DNA of 64,000 nt from a virus (Duplodnaviria; Caudoviricetes): IMG/VR virus record IMGVR_UViG_3300025620_000006, positions 1,175-65,174 of that record. One strand, written 5' to 3'. Each line of letters begins with the position of its first letter. Within the stretch, counting starts at the first letter, position 1. A program made the translations under genes and the position numbers. This document shows, in pieces, positions 19,544 to 29,292 of this stretch. The notes under the pieces were generated by a model. The model was given only the letters and a program-made list of their open reading frames with translations. It was not told where the DNA came from and did not search any database.

Positions 19544-21077
19544 CTATTCTCATATTATTAATTACACAATCAGTAGAAAGAATAGTTGTTGCCACAGAAG
19601 CCGCGTTAATCAAAGCGCTTTTAGTTACGAGCAAAGGATCAATAATCCCTGACTCAACCATATTTACCATTTTTCCTGTAACCACGTTTAATCCAGTACC
19701 ATCATTTTTACTAAAATCCGGTTCTTTAATATTAGCGTTTTTAAGTATAGTTTTAAAAGGTGACTTTATAGCTTCTAATAATACTTGTTGACCTTTTGTT
19801 TTAGGTTTTATTATTGACGAAGCATTTAATAAAGCAATACCACCTCCTGGTACTATACCTTGTTTTATAGCGGCTTTTGTAGCACATATAGCGTCTTCAA
19901 CCCTATCTGTTTTTTCTTTTAATTCTACATCAGAAAAAGCACCTACTTTTACTATAGCCACTTTAGCACTTAATGTAGCTAATCTTCTTTCTAAATTAAC
20001 AACAACGTGTGCAGGGTTTTTCTTTTTTAAATCTTTTTTAATTTTTTCTATAAAATCTTTAGCTTCATCAGGTATTTCTTCTACTTGAATTACTGTTTGA
20101 TTTTCTTGAGAAATTGACTTTACACATTCACCTAAGTAATCTATTTGTATTGCATTTAAATCATCACCTAAATCTTCATTGATTATAGTTGAGTTTGTAA
20201 GTAATGCTAAATCATTTAGTATTTCTTTTTTACGTAAGCCATATGCTGGAGGGTCTACAACGTTTACTTTAATATTACCCTTCATTTTATTCATTACTAA
20301 AGCAGAAAGAACAGTGGGGTCAACTTCGCCTATTACAAGTAGTGGCTTGTTGTTTTTTATTACATGTTCTAGCACAGGTTGTATTTGTCTAATAGATTCT
20401 ACTTTTGATTCCATTATTAAAACTAATGGTTTGTCTAACTCCGCCGTACCTTTTTCTTTGTTAGTTATAAAGTTTTGATGGCAGTAACCTTTGTAGTATT
20501 CTATGCCATCTACTATCTCTGTTTCTGTTATTCCGTTTTCAGAAACACCCAGTGTCACAATCCCTGTTTCACCTACTTCTCTAAAAGCATCGCCTATTAA
20601 CTTACCTAGAACTTTATCGTTGTTGGTTGATATAGTTGCTATATCATCTATCATGTCACCTTTAACGGGTATACTTATTGATTCTAAATATTCAACAACT
20701 TTATCAACAGCTTTGTTTATACCTTCTTTTAGTTCTCTAGTGTTTACGTCCTTACTACGAGCTTCACTTAGTATAGCGTGAGCTAATACAGTAGCTGTAG
20801 TTGTTCCATCGCCAGCTTCATTAACTGTTTTTCTTGCTGCGCCTTTTAACAAAGTTGCACCCATATTTTCAATTGGATCGTGCAATGTTATACAGTTTGC
20901 GACAGTAACACCATCCTTTGTTATGACAGGATTACCCTGGTCATCTTCCATTATAACACATTTACCGCTAGCTCCAAGTGTGGAGCTAACAGCATTTGTG
21001 AGTTGTTCAATTCCTTTAAATATTTTATCTTTAGCTTTGTCTCCAAAACTAAGATTTTTTACTATAGCGTCTGCCAT
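19527..21077 (-). CDS. groEL: Chaperonin GroEL
   Basis: ITKDGVTVA, AGDGTTTATVLA, GIVPGGGIAL and GIIDPLLV motifs; no GGM tail. Confidence 0.95.
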   Translation of the reverse strand: MADAIVKNLSFGDKAKDKIFKGIEQLTNAVSSTLGASGKCVIMEDDQGNPVITKDGVTVANCITLHDPIENMGATLLKGAARKTVNEAGDGTTTATVLAHAILSEARSKDVNTRELKEGINKAVDKVVEYLESISIPVKGDMIDDIATISTNNDKVLGKLIGDAFREVGETGIVTLGVSENGITETEIVDGIEYYKGYCHQNFITNKEKGTAELDKPLVLIMESKVESIRQIQPVLEHVIKNNKPLLVIGEVDPTVLSALVMNKMKGNIKVNVVDPPAYGLRKKEILNDLALLTNSTIINEDLGDDLNAIQIDYLGECVKSISQENQTVIQVEEIPDEAKDFIEKIKKDLKKKNPAHVVVNLERRLATLSAKVAIVKVGAFSDVELKEKTDRVEDAICATKAAIKQGIVPGGGIALLNASSIIKPKTKGQQVLLEAIKSPFKTILKNANIKEPDFSKNDGTGLNVVTGKMVNMVESGIIDPLLVTKSALINAASVATTILSTDCVINNMRIDESTR

Positions 21078-21105
21078 GATTTAATTAGATTTAATTTGAT
21101 TTATT

Positions 21106-21420
21106 TTATTTAAAAGTTTTAACGACTTGTGGTCCGCGAATATGAGCTAATTTTTTCTCATAATGGTTAATAGAAGCATCTATTGCTGATTCAGCACCTT
21201 CCATTGTTTCGCGTCTCGTTACATCGATCCATGAATCTTCTTTTTTTGGATCAAGGTATTCAGTTTGGTAAAATCCATTTGGTAGCTGTACAATTCTCCA
21301 GTTTTTCTTTTGAACTATATGTTCCCAAATTTTCTTGGTTTCTTCCGTAATTTGTGGTTGACTAGTCCACGTGTTAGTCTGGTAAAATAGTGTCATTGGT
21401 TTTGGTTTTAAATTTGACAT
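21106..21420 (-). CDS. Hypothetical protein
   Basis: 104-aa ORF downstream of a class-2 promoter. Confidence 0.65.
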   Translation of the reverse strand: MSNLKPKPMTLFYQTNTWTSQPQITEETKKIWEHIVQKKNWRIVQLPNGFYQTEYLDPKKEDSWIDVTRRETMEGAESAIDASINHYEKKLAHIRGPQVVKTFK

Positions 21421-21452
21421 TGGTTATTGCTCTAACCGAGCAGGTATGTTTA

Positions 21453-21481
21453 TATTATCACTTGTTTGTTATTGTTTTTAC
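21453..21481 (-). promoter_or_regulatory. Class-2 phage promoter GTAA-N16-GTRATNATA
   Basis: Minus strand reads GTAA aaacaataacaaacaa GTGATAATA; the same spacing occurs at three other loci. Confidence 0.6.
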
Positions 21482-21486
21482 TTTAA

Positions 21487-23175
21487 CTATGTTATTGTAA
21501 TTGTTTGTGTGTTATTAATAATATCATTACCGATGTTTATTTTTTTAACTTTTAATCTTAGATAGTAGTCTCCCGAGCCGCTTTGTGAAGTAACCGAGCT
21601 AGCTGTTAGTATTACAGACGCCCTTGCATATGCAGTACCAGTACCCTCTTGTAGTCCTGCGCCTGATACACTTAAAGCACCTGCTGAAACTCCTTGCATA
21701 AGCGTTCTTCTTTTTCTTAAATTGGCGTCTCGACTAATGGTAGCTTGTGGAACCACCCAAGCAGTACTCGTTCTTACGGTACCGACTCCTGGCGTGTATT
21801 TATAATCAAGTCTCAAATCAGAATTAAAGACTGGCGCTGGATTATTAGAACTCGCGTTGTCTTGAAATACATAGAAATCCTCCACTATGTAAGTGTAGAG
21901 TCCGGTATCTTGTGCTATTAACACTCTAGGACTTGTGTCTATAGTAGCCATATTTGCAAATGAAATTTTAAAAGTATAATACCTTGCATCTTCAACCACT
22001 TTACCACCACTACCAAAACCTGTTGAGTATTGAGGAGTTCTTGTGGTAGATGTAGACGACCCCCATTCAACACCGGATCCATAGTAACCCATTTTTACAT
22101 AACCTACAGGATTATCTCCTGTTGTACTAACAAATAAATATTGCTCATTTGTTGAGCCTACATTTAAAGATCCTCTTATTCTTGCATTTTTTCCTACATC
22201 TAATGATGCTTCCGGTTCTGTAATAGAGCCAGGATAAGCACTAGTACAAATTCCCAATCTTGCACTATTAGAACTAAGATTTAAAGTTCCCCCATCAGCA
22301 TCACCACCGCTACCTGTAATGGTCATTCTTGAGGCTACGGTTATTCTTTTAGCGTTTCCTGTACCTATATTCGCCTGACTTATTTGAGAATTTCCCAACG
22401 TAGTTCCATTAGGGGTGAACATTGGTATAAAGTTAGTTGTTCCTGAACCTCCTATTCCGCTTGTGTGAGCATCTACATAAGATTTAGAAGCAGCGTCAGT
22501 TCCAGCGCTTGGCGTAGTTGGTACAGTAACTTGTCCACCGAAACTTGATTGGCCCGTGCCGTTTACAGTTAGTGTACCAGCTAGAGTAATACTATCGTCT
22601 AGATGAAACCTAGTATAGACGCTAGCATTCTCTGTATTTATATTTGTTCCACCTGTAAAATCAATTGTATTTCCGCTTTGTATAATTCTATTGCTACCGG
22701 CGTCTGCTGCAGCTGTCCATGTGTAGTCTTCAGCTGCTGGTAATGTTACTGTTTTAGTATTTACAACAGTTACGTGACCTGTGGTGTTTGTGTTTATAGT
22801 ATCTATAACTGTGAAGCTAGCGCCATAAGCAGGTGAAACGCTACTACTGTTATTTGATCTACTTGTATTGTCGTGGTCTAAAATTACATCTGCTGCGGTT
22901 CCAATATTAGTTAAGTAAGTTCCAGCTGTTACGCTAGTCACCGTACCTTGTGGATTACTAAATGATGTAGTTAAAGTACCACCATCTTGTTGTGTAAGAG
23001 TTAGCGTTATAGTAGAACTACCAGAATCACTAAATGCAGTAATCATATTATCGTATGATGTATTCCACTCAGTAGATGTACCACCTGGCGCCGTTATAAT
23101 ACCACCGGAAGTTATAATTCCAGTGGTATTTAGCGTTCCATTTATTGATTGGTTACAATATAGTTCTATTGCCAT
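21487..23175 (-). CDS. Tail fibre/receptor-binding protein
   Basis: 562 aa, Thr/Gly/Ser-rich; DAASKSYVD and GTVTSVTAG fibre repeats. Confidence 0.65.
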   Translation of the reverse strand: MAIELYCNQSINGTLNTTGIITSGGIITAPGGTSTEWNTSYDNMITAFSDSGSSTITLTLTQQDGGTLTTSFSNPQGTVTSVTAGTYLTNIGTAADVILDHDNTSRSNNSSSVSPAYGASFTVIDTINTNTTGHVTVVNTKTVTLPAAEDYTWTAAADAGSNRIIQSGNTIDFTGGTNINTENASVYTRFHLDDSITLAGTLTVNGTGQSSFGGQVTVPTTPSAGTDAASKSYVDAHTSGIGGSGTTNFIPMFTPNGTTLGNSQISQANIGTGNAKRITVASRMTITGSGGDADGGTLNLSSNSARLGICTSAYPGSITEPEASLDVGKNARIRGSLNVGSTNEQYLFVSTTGDNPVGYVKMGYYGSGVEWGSSTSTTRTPQYSTGFGSGGKVVEDARYYTFKISFANMATIDTSPRVLIAQDTGLYTYIVEDFYVFQDNASSNNPAPVFNSDLRLDYKYTPGVGTVRTSTAWVVPQATISRDANLRKRRTLMQGVSAGALSVSGAGLQEGTGTAYARASVILTASSVTSQSGSGDYYLRLKVKKINIGNDIINNTQTITIT

Positions 23176-23203
23176 TTGATTTTATTTTATTTTATTTTTA
23201 TTG

Positions 23204-25459
23204 TTATGATCCTGAATCAGCTAGAGAAACTAACACTCTTATGTTACCCGCTGGGAAACTACCTCCAGAAATAGCAACTGCGTTAACTGATGTTCTATCA
23301 ACACAAGCATATATTGTTTCGTAATTACTAGCATCATAAAGTTGAACTATTACATCGTAAGATCCTAAACCGTGTGTTATTGAACCAAAGCTAGATATTG
23401 TTGCCGCATAAGTACTTGCTTTTCTAATAGCAGGTGCTAATGATTGAATTGTAGCATATTTGTTTACATCTCCTGTTACGTCATATATAGGTAATCTATC
23501 AGTACTAGCAACTCCTGTTCCAATGTCAGTAAGTCCTTTAATATCAAGACCAACTACAGGAACTGGTCCTGTTGAAGATGCTACTTTAATACCAAGTTCA
23601 TCATTAGCTGTAGAAGCATTTACTCCAGTTACATCACCTTGTGGTATTGTTGGAAAAGTAACTCTATCACCAAGTCCATTCACGTACTCCGAAGCAGTAC
23701 CTTGCCATATACCGGTCATTGTGCCACTTCCTGTGATCGTGTTTGAGGCTACATTTAATGCTGTACCGTCGGTTTTAAAGTTTACACTTGTTACGCCAGA
23801 CACTGGTAGAGTTCCTAAAGTTAAATCACCAAGAACAACTTGAGAAGATGTACCGGCTCCTGATATGTTAAAGTCAGGATCAGTAGCAGTTCCAGTTTCC
23901 GTAATAGTAAGTGCGGTACCTGTTTCTGTTATATCAATGCTAGTTATAGTACCACCTGAATTTGTAGGTGTTACCCAAGTACCGTCTCCACGTAAAAACG
24001 TACTGTTTGAACCACCGGTTGGAACGTGACCTACGTTAGAACCACCATCATAAGCAAATGATTGTAATGACACAGATCCAACACTAGCTGTTTGTGAAGT
24101 TATTGCCGAACCAACAGAAGCGGTTAACGCATTGCTAGAGCTAAATTGAGTAACACCTTCATCAGACTGAACAATAACCCAGTCATTTATATCAGATGTT
24201 CCTACAGCCGCATCTTGTTTACATATTACAGAATCTCCATCATCTAGTTGTACTGATCCATAAAAACTACCAGAGGTTGTTACCACATAGTAATCACCTA
24301 CTGATATTGCCACTCTTGAGCTACCTGTTGTAAGGTTACCGCCACCATCTATTGCACCGGATCCAGCATTAAAGCCGTCTTTGAAAGTTAAGCCTCCAGT
24401 TACAAGTCCATCTACATAAGCTTTAGAAGCAGCATCTGTTCCAGCACTAACTGTATCAATACCTTGTATACGTCCTGTTCCGCCTAATGTAATATCTCCA
24501 CCTGAAACCGTTAAGTCTCCAGCAATTACTACATCTGTTGGTAAACCAACTGTAACACTACCGTTGTTTCCTGTAGATTCAGTAATCGCTATTTCACCAC
24601 CAGTACCATTTATTGTTACAGAAGATTTAATACCAGAACCAGTACCACCAGCTGTTAAATTAAGAACAGCAGAATTAGCGCCTCCAGCGGCAACTGGCAA
24701 TGTATATGTTTCATTTGTATTAGATGGTGCTGTATATGTTACTCTTTTATTTGTAGAATCAAAAGCAACACTCGCGCCACCTGAAGCAGCAAACTGTAAA
24801 TCTACCGTATCAGTAACTGTGAACTGCTCGGTTCCACCAGAATTTGCAATACCTAAAGAAGTTGTATTAGCTACGGTGTTTGTAATTGTAACCGCGCCTG
24901 TAGAACCATTTACAGAAATACCAGTACCTGCGGCAATACTTGTTACACCTGTGTTTGTTATAGTAAGTGTGTTTGGGGATGCGGCCGCGCCTGCTAAGCC
25001 AATACCAGTACTTGAGATAAAATTAAGTATTTCACCATCGATCATATCAATACCTGTTCCACCGTTTACTTTATACTGCCATTTAGTATAAGCTCCAGCG
25101 GGTGTTGCCCATGTTCCGTCACCTCTATAAAATTCAGTGTTAGATCCAGTTCCTCCAGCCAATGTACTAGTTAAAGTAACAGCACCAGTAGATACATCAA
25201 CTGAATTTGTTATATACGTAGATGTTCCTCCAGCTAGTGAAGATACACCTGAACCAGTTCCATCCATTTCAACCCACGCGCTTCCATTATAAAAATACAT
25301 AATGTTAGTGCTGGTGTTGTAATACATTTGACCTTCTACCTCACTACCTGTCGCTGGTGCAGAGGTTTCATTGTCTATGACCGGAAGCAAAAGCTCGTTA
25401 CGGTTCATTTCAATATCAGAGCCATTCATTGCAATGGCGCAGTAGTAATTAATAGGCAT
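23204..25459 (-). CDS. Tail fibre protein
   Basis: 751 aa; repeated RGDGTW, GVTSIAAGTGI and DAASKAYVD motifs. Confidence 0.7.
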   Translation of the reverse strand: MPINYYCAIAMNGSDIEMNRNELLLPVIDNETSAPATGSEVEGQMYYNTSTNIMYFYNGSAWVEMDGTGSGVSSLAGGTSTYITNSVDVSTGAVTLTSTLAGGTGSNTEFYRGDGTWATPAGAYTKWQYKVNGGTGIDMIDGEILNFISSTGIGLAGAAASPNTLTITNTGVTSIAAGTGISVNGSTGAVTITNTVANTTSLGIANSGGTEQFTVTDTVDLQFAASGGASVAFDSTNKRVTYTAPSNTNETYTLPVAAGGANSAVLNLTAGGTGSGIKSSVTINGTGGEIAITESTGNNGSVTVGLPTDVVIAGDLTVSGGDITLGGTGRIQGIDTVSAGTDAASKAYVDGLVTGGLTFKDGFNAGSGAIDGGGNLTTGSSRVAISVGDYYVVTTSGSFYGSVQLDDGDSVICKQDAAVGTSDINDWVIVQSDEGVTQFSSSNALTASVGSAITSQTASVGSVSLQSFAYDGGSNVGHVPTGGSNSTFLRGDGTWVTPTNSGGTITSIDITETGTALTITETGTATDPDFNISGAGTSSQVVLGDLTLGTLPVSGVTSVNFKTDGTALNVASNTITGSGTMTGIWQGTASEYVNGLGDRVTFPTIPQGDVTGVNASTANDELGIKVASSTGPVPVVGLDIKGLTDIGTGVASTDRLPIYDVTGDVNKYATIQSLAPAIRKASTYAATISSFGSITHGLGSYDVIVQLYDASNYETIYACVDRTSVNAVAISGGSFPAGNIRVLVSLADSGS

Positions 25460-25479
25460 AGTTTATTTTTTTAAATTTG

Positions 25480-26190
25480 TTAGTTTAGTATTGACGATCC
25501 TGCTACTGTTTTATCAAAATCGACTGTTATTGTTGTTGCGTTTGTGTATGTTACACATCCTTTTATTTCGTTTGGCGGATTTGAATTGTCAGTTAAAGTG
25601 ACTGAAGGTTCTGCCTTACCTGTTGTATTGTTTATAATCCATTGTGTTGATGAGGTAAAATTTTGTTTTAAGTTTACATCACCACTACTAGTTATGTCAA
25701 AATGTATTAATGTATATTGAGTTCCTTGTGGAGCAACAACTCCATTACCACCGATGTAGGTTAAATCAGCTATATAATAAAAAGGATCTGCAGGATCTAC
25801 AGTGTAAGTGTCTAATGTATAATTACCAAACTGACTTATCTGATCACCTTGACCTAGCAATATGGGTTTACCTGTTATATACTCTAAAAACTTAACTACA
25901 TTTTGACCGTTTAGTTCTGTTATAGATATTCTTACTTGTGTCAAAGTATCAAGTCCCGTTCCGGATCCACCACCACCGGTTTTAGATATAGTACCATTTC
26001 CACCATTTTGCGTATCAGACCATTTAAATGACATTTGACCGCCTATGTTTACCTTAGCATTAAGGTTTAGGTATTTAGCTACTGCTGATGCAGTGAATTG
26101 CTTTGTCTGTCTGTTTAATGCGTCAGTTCCTATCCACGCGTCATTATCTGTGACAGTTGTATCAAATGGATACGAACTTATTCTAGCCAT
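25480..26190 (-). CDS. Tail-associated structural protein
   Basis: 236 aa; MARISSYP N-terminus and PSVT C-terminal module typical of fibre-associated proteins. Confidence 0.55.
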   Translation of the reverse strand: MARISSYPFDTTVTDNDAWIGTDALNRQTKQFTASAVAKYLNLNAKVNIGGQMSFKWSDTQNGGNGTISKTGGGGSGTGLDTLTQVRISITELNGQNVVKFLEYITGKPILLGQGDQISQFGNYTLDTYTVDPADPFYYIADLTYIGGNGVVAPQGTQYTLIHFDITSSGDVNLKQNFTSSTQWIINNTTGKAEPSVTLTDNSNPPNEIKGCVTYTNATTITVDFDKTVAGSSILN

Positions 26191-26196
26191 GAGTTA

Positions 26197-26760
26197 TTAT
26201 GTTTGAGGAAATAATCTATATGTTAAATTTATTGTTAGTGTTCCGTTAGGTGTACCAGCAATTACAGGGTCTGCAGCTGTACCAAGTTTTAAATCTCCAC
26301 CTCTTCTATAATTACCATTTTCAGCCGCTATAGTATAAGGCCCTTGTACAGCTCCGCTACCATTAGGTAGTTGCAATTGTGGTATAATTATCTTATTATT
26401 CGTCGCTGCGTCATTCCATGATATAAAAGCACCTGCTGCATCCCAAGTATAACTGCTACCAAGAACGCCTCCACCTTGTAATATCGATGCACTTATTAAT
26501 TGTAAGTACTCTCCATCTCCACTGCCACCAGCTAAAGTAAGTAAAGTAATATCAGTTGTACCTAGTGTTCTTAACTGAGCATCTGTTACTGTAAAAGTAG
26601 TAGTTACTACGTTAGGTGCGTTACCTAAACTTGCTATGCTATCTACTGAAAAATTTCTAGTAGTTGGCATCTCGTCAGAATTAGCCGGTGGTATCGATGT
26701 ACCAATTATATAATCTCCCTTTTTAGGCGTGCCTTTTGGATAGCTTTGCAGTATAGACAT
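26197..26760 (-). CDS. Putative structural protein (first gene of late operon)
   Basis: 187 aa; N-terminus resembles that of the downstream neighbour (SYP...IGT...T+NF). Confidence 0.55.
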   Translation of the reverse strand: MSILQSYPKGTPKKGDYIIGTSIPPANSDEMPTTRNFSVDSIASLGNAPNVVTTTFTVTDAQLRTLGTTDITLLTLAGGSGDGEYLQLISASILQGGGVLGSSYTWDAAGAFISWNDAATNNKIIIPQLQLPNGSGAVQGPYTIAAENGNYRRGGDLKLGTAADPVIAGTPNGTLTINLTYRLFPQT

Positions 26761-26792
26761 TTAGTTAGTTTTTATTTATTTTCTTTAGTCTA

Positions 26793-26821
26793 TATCATTA
26801 CAGGTTTTGAAGTGTTTTTAC
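26793..26821 (-). promoter_or_regulatory. Class-2 phage promoter heading the leftward late operon
   Basis: GTAA aaacacttcaaaacct GTAATGATA. Confidence 0.6.
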
Positions 26822-26828
26822 ATAAAGT

Positions 26829-26873
26829 GTGACAATAGGGTGTTACTTATCTATATTATAAGGCTTATGTCAC
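26829..26873. promoter_or_regulatory. GTGACA...TGTCAC operator-like element, copy 1
   Basis: Inverted repeat with internal TGTTACTTAT...TTATAAGG shared with an inverted copy at 35324-35369. Confidence 0.55.
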
Positions 26874-27106
26874 TGTTTTTTAAAAAGTTGTTACAAATAT
26901 AGGGGTATGGTGTTGCTACTTTAAATTCTAAAAACTTTTCAAAAAGAAAAATGACTTTTAAATTTGGGGGTCCGCGTCCGTTTTAGAATTTTCAACGTCA
27001 TATATACGACTTTTCAGGGCCCCGAGCGGGGGGTTTAGACTTTTCTACCTAGATTTCATACCTATTATCCTGTCTCGCTCTTCTTTTCCTTGTGAGATTT
27101 AGTTGT

Positions 27107-27213
27107 ATGACACATTGACATGACACATATGACTGATTGTCATGACATTACGTCATATATATAATATACTATTGTTAGTGACATAGTGACATAGTGGTAT
27201 GACATCTTGTCAC
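27107..27213. repeat. Iteron-like TGACA/TGTCA repeat array (putative origin or genome-end region)
   Basis: About ten TGAC(A)/(T)GTCA half-sites, e.g. TGACATCTTGTCA, TGACTGATTGTCA, TGACATTACGTCA, flanking an AT-rich centre. Confidence 0.6.
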
Positions 27214-27234
27214 ATTCTACTACTAAACTATTTT

Positions 27235-27265
27235 ACATACTTAATACGAAGTTATAATGATAATA
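27235..27265 (+). promoter_or_regulatory. Class-1 (early) promoter ACA-N5-AATACGA-N9-GATAATA, copy 1
   Basis: Exact motif and spacing, repeated 7 times upstream of early ORFs. Confidence 0.75.
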
Positions 27266-27284
27266 TAAATGTAACAAACTAACT

Positions 27285-27428
27285 ATGAAACGAATAACTT
27301 ACATACAATCAATAGAATTATTTCTACTAAAAAATCCAGAAGTAATTATACAAAATGTTTTACCTCAATGTATACTTGATGAACTATATTACTTTCAAAG
27401 ATTTCAATATAAGTTATTACAAACATAA
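27285..27428 (+). CDS. Early micro-ORF (47 aa)
   Basis: MKRITYIQSIELFLLKNPEV...; directly after promoter copy 1, AACTATG context. Confidence 0.5.
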   Translation: MKRITYIQSIELFLLKNPEVIIQNVLPQCILDELYYFQRFQYKLLQT

Positions 27429-27449
27429 TACGAATACATAATGATAATA
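27419..27449 (+). promoter_or_regulatory. Class-1 promoter copy 2
   Basis: ACA aacat AATACGA atacataat GATAATA. Confidence 0.75.
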
Positions 27450-27496
27450 ATAATGTAACTAATAAATACTAATAATAATAATAAATACTTTTAACT

Positions 27497-27727
27497 ATGC
27501 AAAATTCAATTCAATCAAAAAGATTCGTAATCAGAAAATCTTTAATCGGCAAAAATACTACTATCAATGTAGAATTTAAATCAGGCAAATCATTCACTTA
27601 CAATCACGATAAAGTGTATGAAATTATGAAAGACAAATTATCTTCTATAAATTGCTTTGAAAAATATGGCTCGTACACTTCTTCAACTAGTGTTCCAGTT
27701 GTACTAAGAGATAAAGAGGTAGTATAA
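27497..27727 (+). CDS. Early hypothetical protein
   Basis: 76-aa ORF, AACTATG start context. Confidence 0.7.
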   Translation: MQNSIQSKRFVIRKSLIGKNTTINVEFKSGKSFTYNHDKVYEIMKDKLSSINCFEKYGSYTSSTSVPVVLRDKEVV

Positions 27728-27744
27728 CCACTACTTCTTTACAA

Positions 27745-27847
27745 AACGGTGACTATCCGAACCGAGTAGGCAACAGACTAAACTGGATATTATACAGGCG
27801 CGTTAAGCTGTGTACATCACCTGTCTAAATAATGTTGAAAACAGCAA
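27745..27847 (+). ncRNA. Candidate structured ncRNA upstream of tRNA-like minihelix
   Basis: ORF-free and GC-richer than flanks; stems CGGT/ACCG, CAG/CTG, ATATTAT-ACAGG/CCTGT-ATAATGT. Confidence 0.35.
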
Positions 27848-27893
27848 TGTCACTATGGTATATAAGTGTGTTCGATTCACACTGTGACAACTA
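27848..27893 (+). ncRNA. tRNA-like minihelix (acceptor stem and T-arm only)
   Basis: TGTCAC-tatggtatata-AGTGTG-TTCGATT-CACACT-GTGACA-A-CTA: 12 bp coaxial helix with a canonical T-loop. Confidence 0.6.
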
Positions 27894-27910
27894 ATAACTA
27901 AATTATAACT

Positions 27911-28120
27911 ATGTCAAATTTCAAATTCAGAGGATTTATTCCTGCAGTAACTAAATATGTAAAATCAAAACCACTAGTAGAAGTAGTGGCGGAAGTAATA
28001 GCTTTCGGTTTACTAATGCCATTAGCGTTTGGCGGAATTACTTTCTTCATCTTTATGATGATAACAGGCCAAGTTGATTATTCAGCGATGGATTCTATTA
28101 ACTGTCAAATCTGCTACTAA
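27911..28120 (+). CDS. Small membrane protein
   Basis: 69 aa with a long hydrophobic segment. Confidence 0.65.
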   Translation: MSNFKFRGFIPAVTKYVKSKPLVEVVAEVIAFGLLMPLAFGGITFFIFMMITGQVDYSAMDSINCQICY

Positions 28121-28548
28121 TGAAAAGTTACTACAGCAAACTACAGCAGAGATTTATAGCTCGTGAAGAATACTTTGACGAGCTACTCTTTGGAACTCTC
28201 AATGATGAGAACTACGACAAGCCAATACAAACTAAATACGACTCTAAATCGATAATACAATAAAATACTAACTAATTAAATAATAATATTATGTCTTCAA
28301 AATACTTAAATATATCCTTCAGAATATATGGCAAGCACTTCAACTTGTTAACTAAAGAACAAAAATCTAAAGTTATTGAAATATACTACGACTTTTACTA
28401 AACTAATATAACTATGCAATATATATTAACTTGCCCTAACGGTAAACAGATAGATATGTCAAGCTACATACTACTGCAACTCGAAAGAAAAATAGAAAGA
28501 CAAGAAGTCTTAGAACGTATTAACTACTATAAATCAACTAATAAATAA
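28120..28548 (+). CDS. Three early micro-ORFs (28120-28263, 28291-28401, 28414-28548)
   Basis: 47, 36 and 44 aa; tightly packed with AT-rich start contexts. Confidence 0.5.
28227..28257 (+). promoter_or_regulatory. Class-1 promoter copy 3
   Basis: ACA aacta AATACGA ctctaaatc GATAATA. Confidence 0.75.
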
Positions 28549-28552
28549 TACT

Positions 28553-28795
28553 ATGCAATTTCAAGATACTAAATTCAAAGAGCTAGACGCTCAAGGTCTA
28601 ATTACTGATAAACTAAATCAAATCAAAGAGTTTGAAACTAAATACAAAGCTTGTACTTCAAGTATAGCTATGTACAAATGGTGTACTGACTACGAATATC
28701 GTAAGCGAGAGTGGCAATTCAGACAAGGAATAGCTAATTATGCGCTACATAATGGTCATAAAGCTTTTCAAGGTACAGATAAGTCTATACTGTAA
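28553..28795 (+). CDS. Early hypothetical protein
   Basis: 80-aa ORF. Confidence 0.65.
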   Translation: MQFQDTKFKELDAQGLITDKLNQIKEFETKYKACTSSIAMYKWCTDYEYRKREWQFRQGIANYALHNGHKAFQGTDKSIL

Positions 28796-28796
28796 T

Positions 28797-28827
28797 ACAT
28801 ACAAAATACGATTAACTATTGATAATA
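28797..28827 (+). promoter_or_regulatory. Class-1 promoter copy 4
   Basis: ACA tacaa AATACGA ttaactatt GATAATA. Confidence 0.75.
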
Positions 28828-28841
28828 TAATAAATTAAACT

Positions 28842-29045
28842 ATGCAAAATATAATCAAACAAGTAGACAAAACTACTATCAAATTAAACAACATAACTTA
28901 CAAAGGTTATCCAGTCGGCGAATTACCAAACAGATTTGCCTTCATCTACAATAGCGACAAAGACCAAGAAGGTATTAACTCGTGGTTTAATTACAAAGGC
29001 TTAACTTATATTGAATATAAACCTACAATCTGGTCTTATGTCTAA
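28842..29045 (+). CDS. Early hypothetical protein
   Basis: 67-aa ORF right after promoter copy 4. Confidence 0.65.
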   Translation: MQNIIKQVDKTTIKLNNITYKGYPVGELPNRFAFIYNSDKDQEGINSWFNYKGLTYIEYKPTIWSYV

Positions 29046-29292
29046 TCCAACTACAATGAAAGAACTGTGTCTCTATGCAAAACAGGCGCAACAAAATCGT
29101 GCAAGCGAGCATAGGCGCAAGCACGCACATGACGGCAGGTGTGGTGGGCTCACAGATGCAGAGTACAATCGCGTACAAATTAATGGCAAGAAATCCTATT
29201 CTGCCAAAGCACGAAAGTTCACTCACAACCGTATGTGGAAACATCAATCAAGATATTCAGTAAAACAATTAATAGAAATAGTAAAAACATGA
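29038..29292 (+). CDS. Basic early hypothetical protein
   Basis: Likely start MSNPTT overlapping the upstream stop. Confidence 0.6.
   Translation: MSNPTTMKELCLYAKQAQQNRASEHRRKHAHDGRCGGLTDAEYNRVQINGKKSYSAKARKFTHNRMWKHQSRYSVKQLIEIVKT

Noticed and set aside
20830-20845. GAAR in GroEL (and GAAG in the capsid protein) as members of the GAA(K) set
   Set aside because: They lie within folded conserved domains and are probably coincidental
1012-25895. Plus-strand ORFs antisense to late genes
   Set aside because: Shadow ORFs opposite well-supported minus-strand genes, with no independent signals
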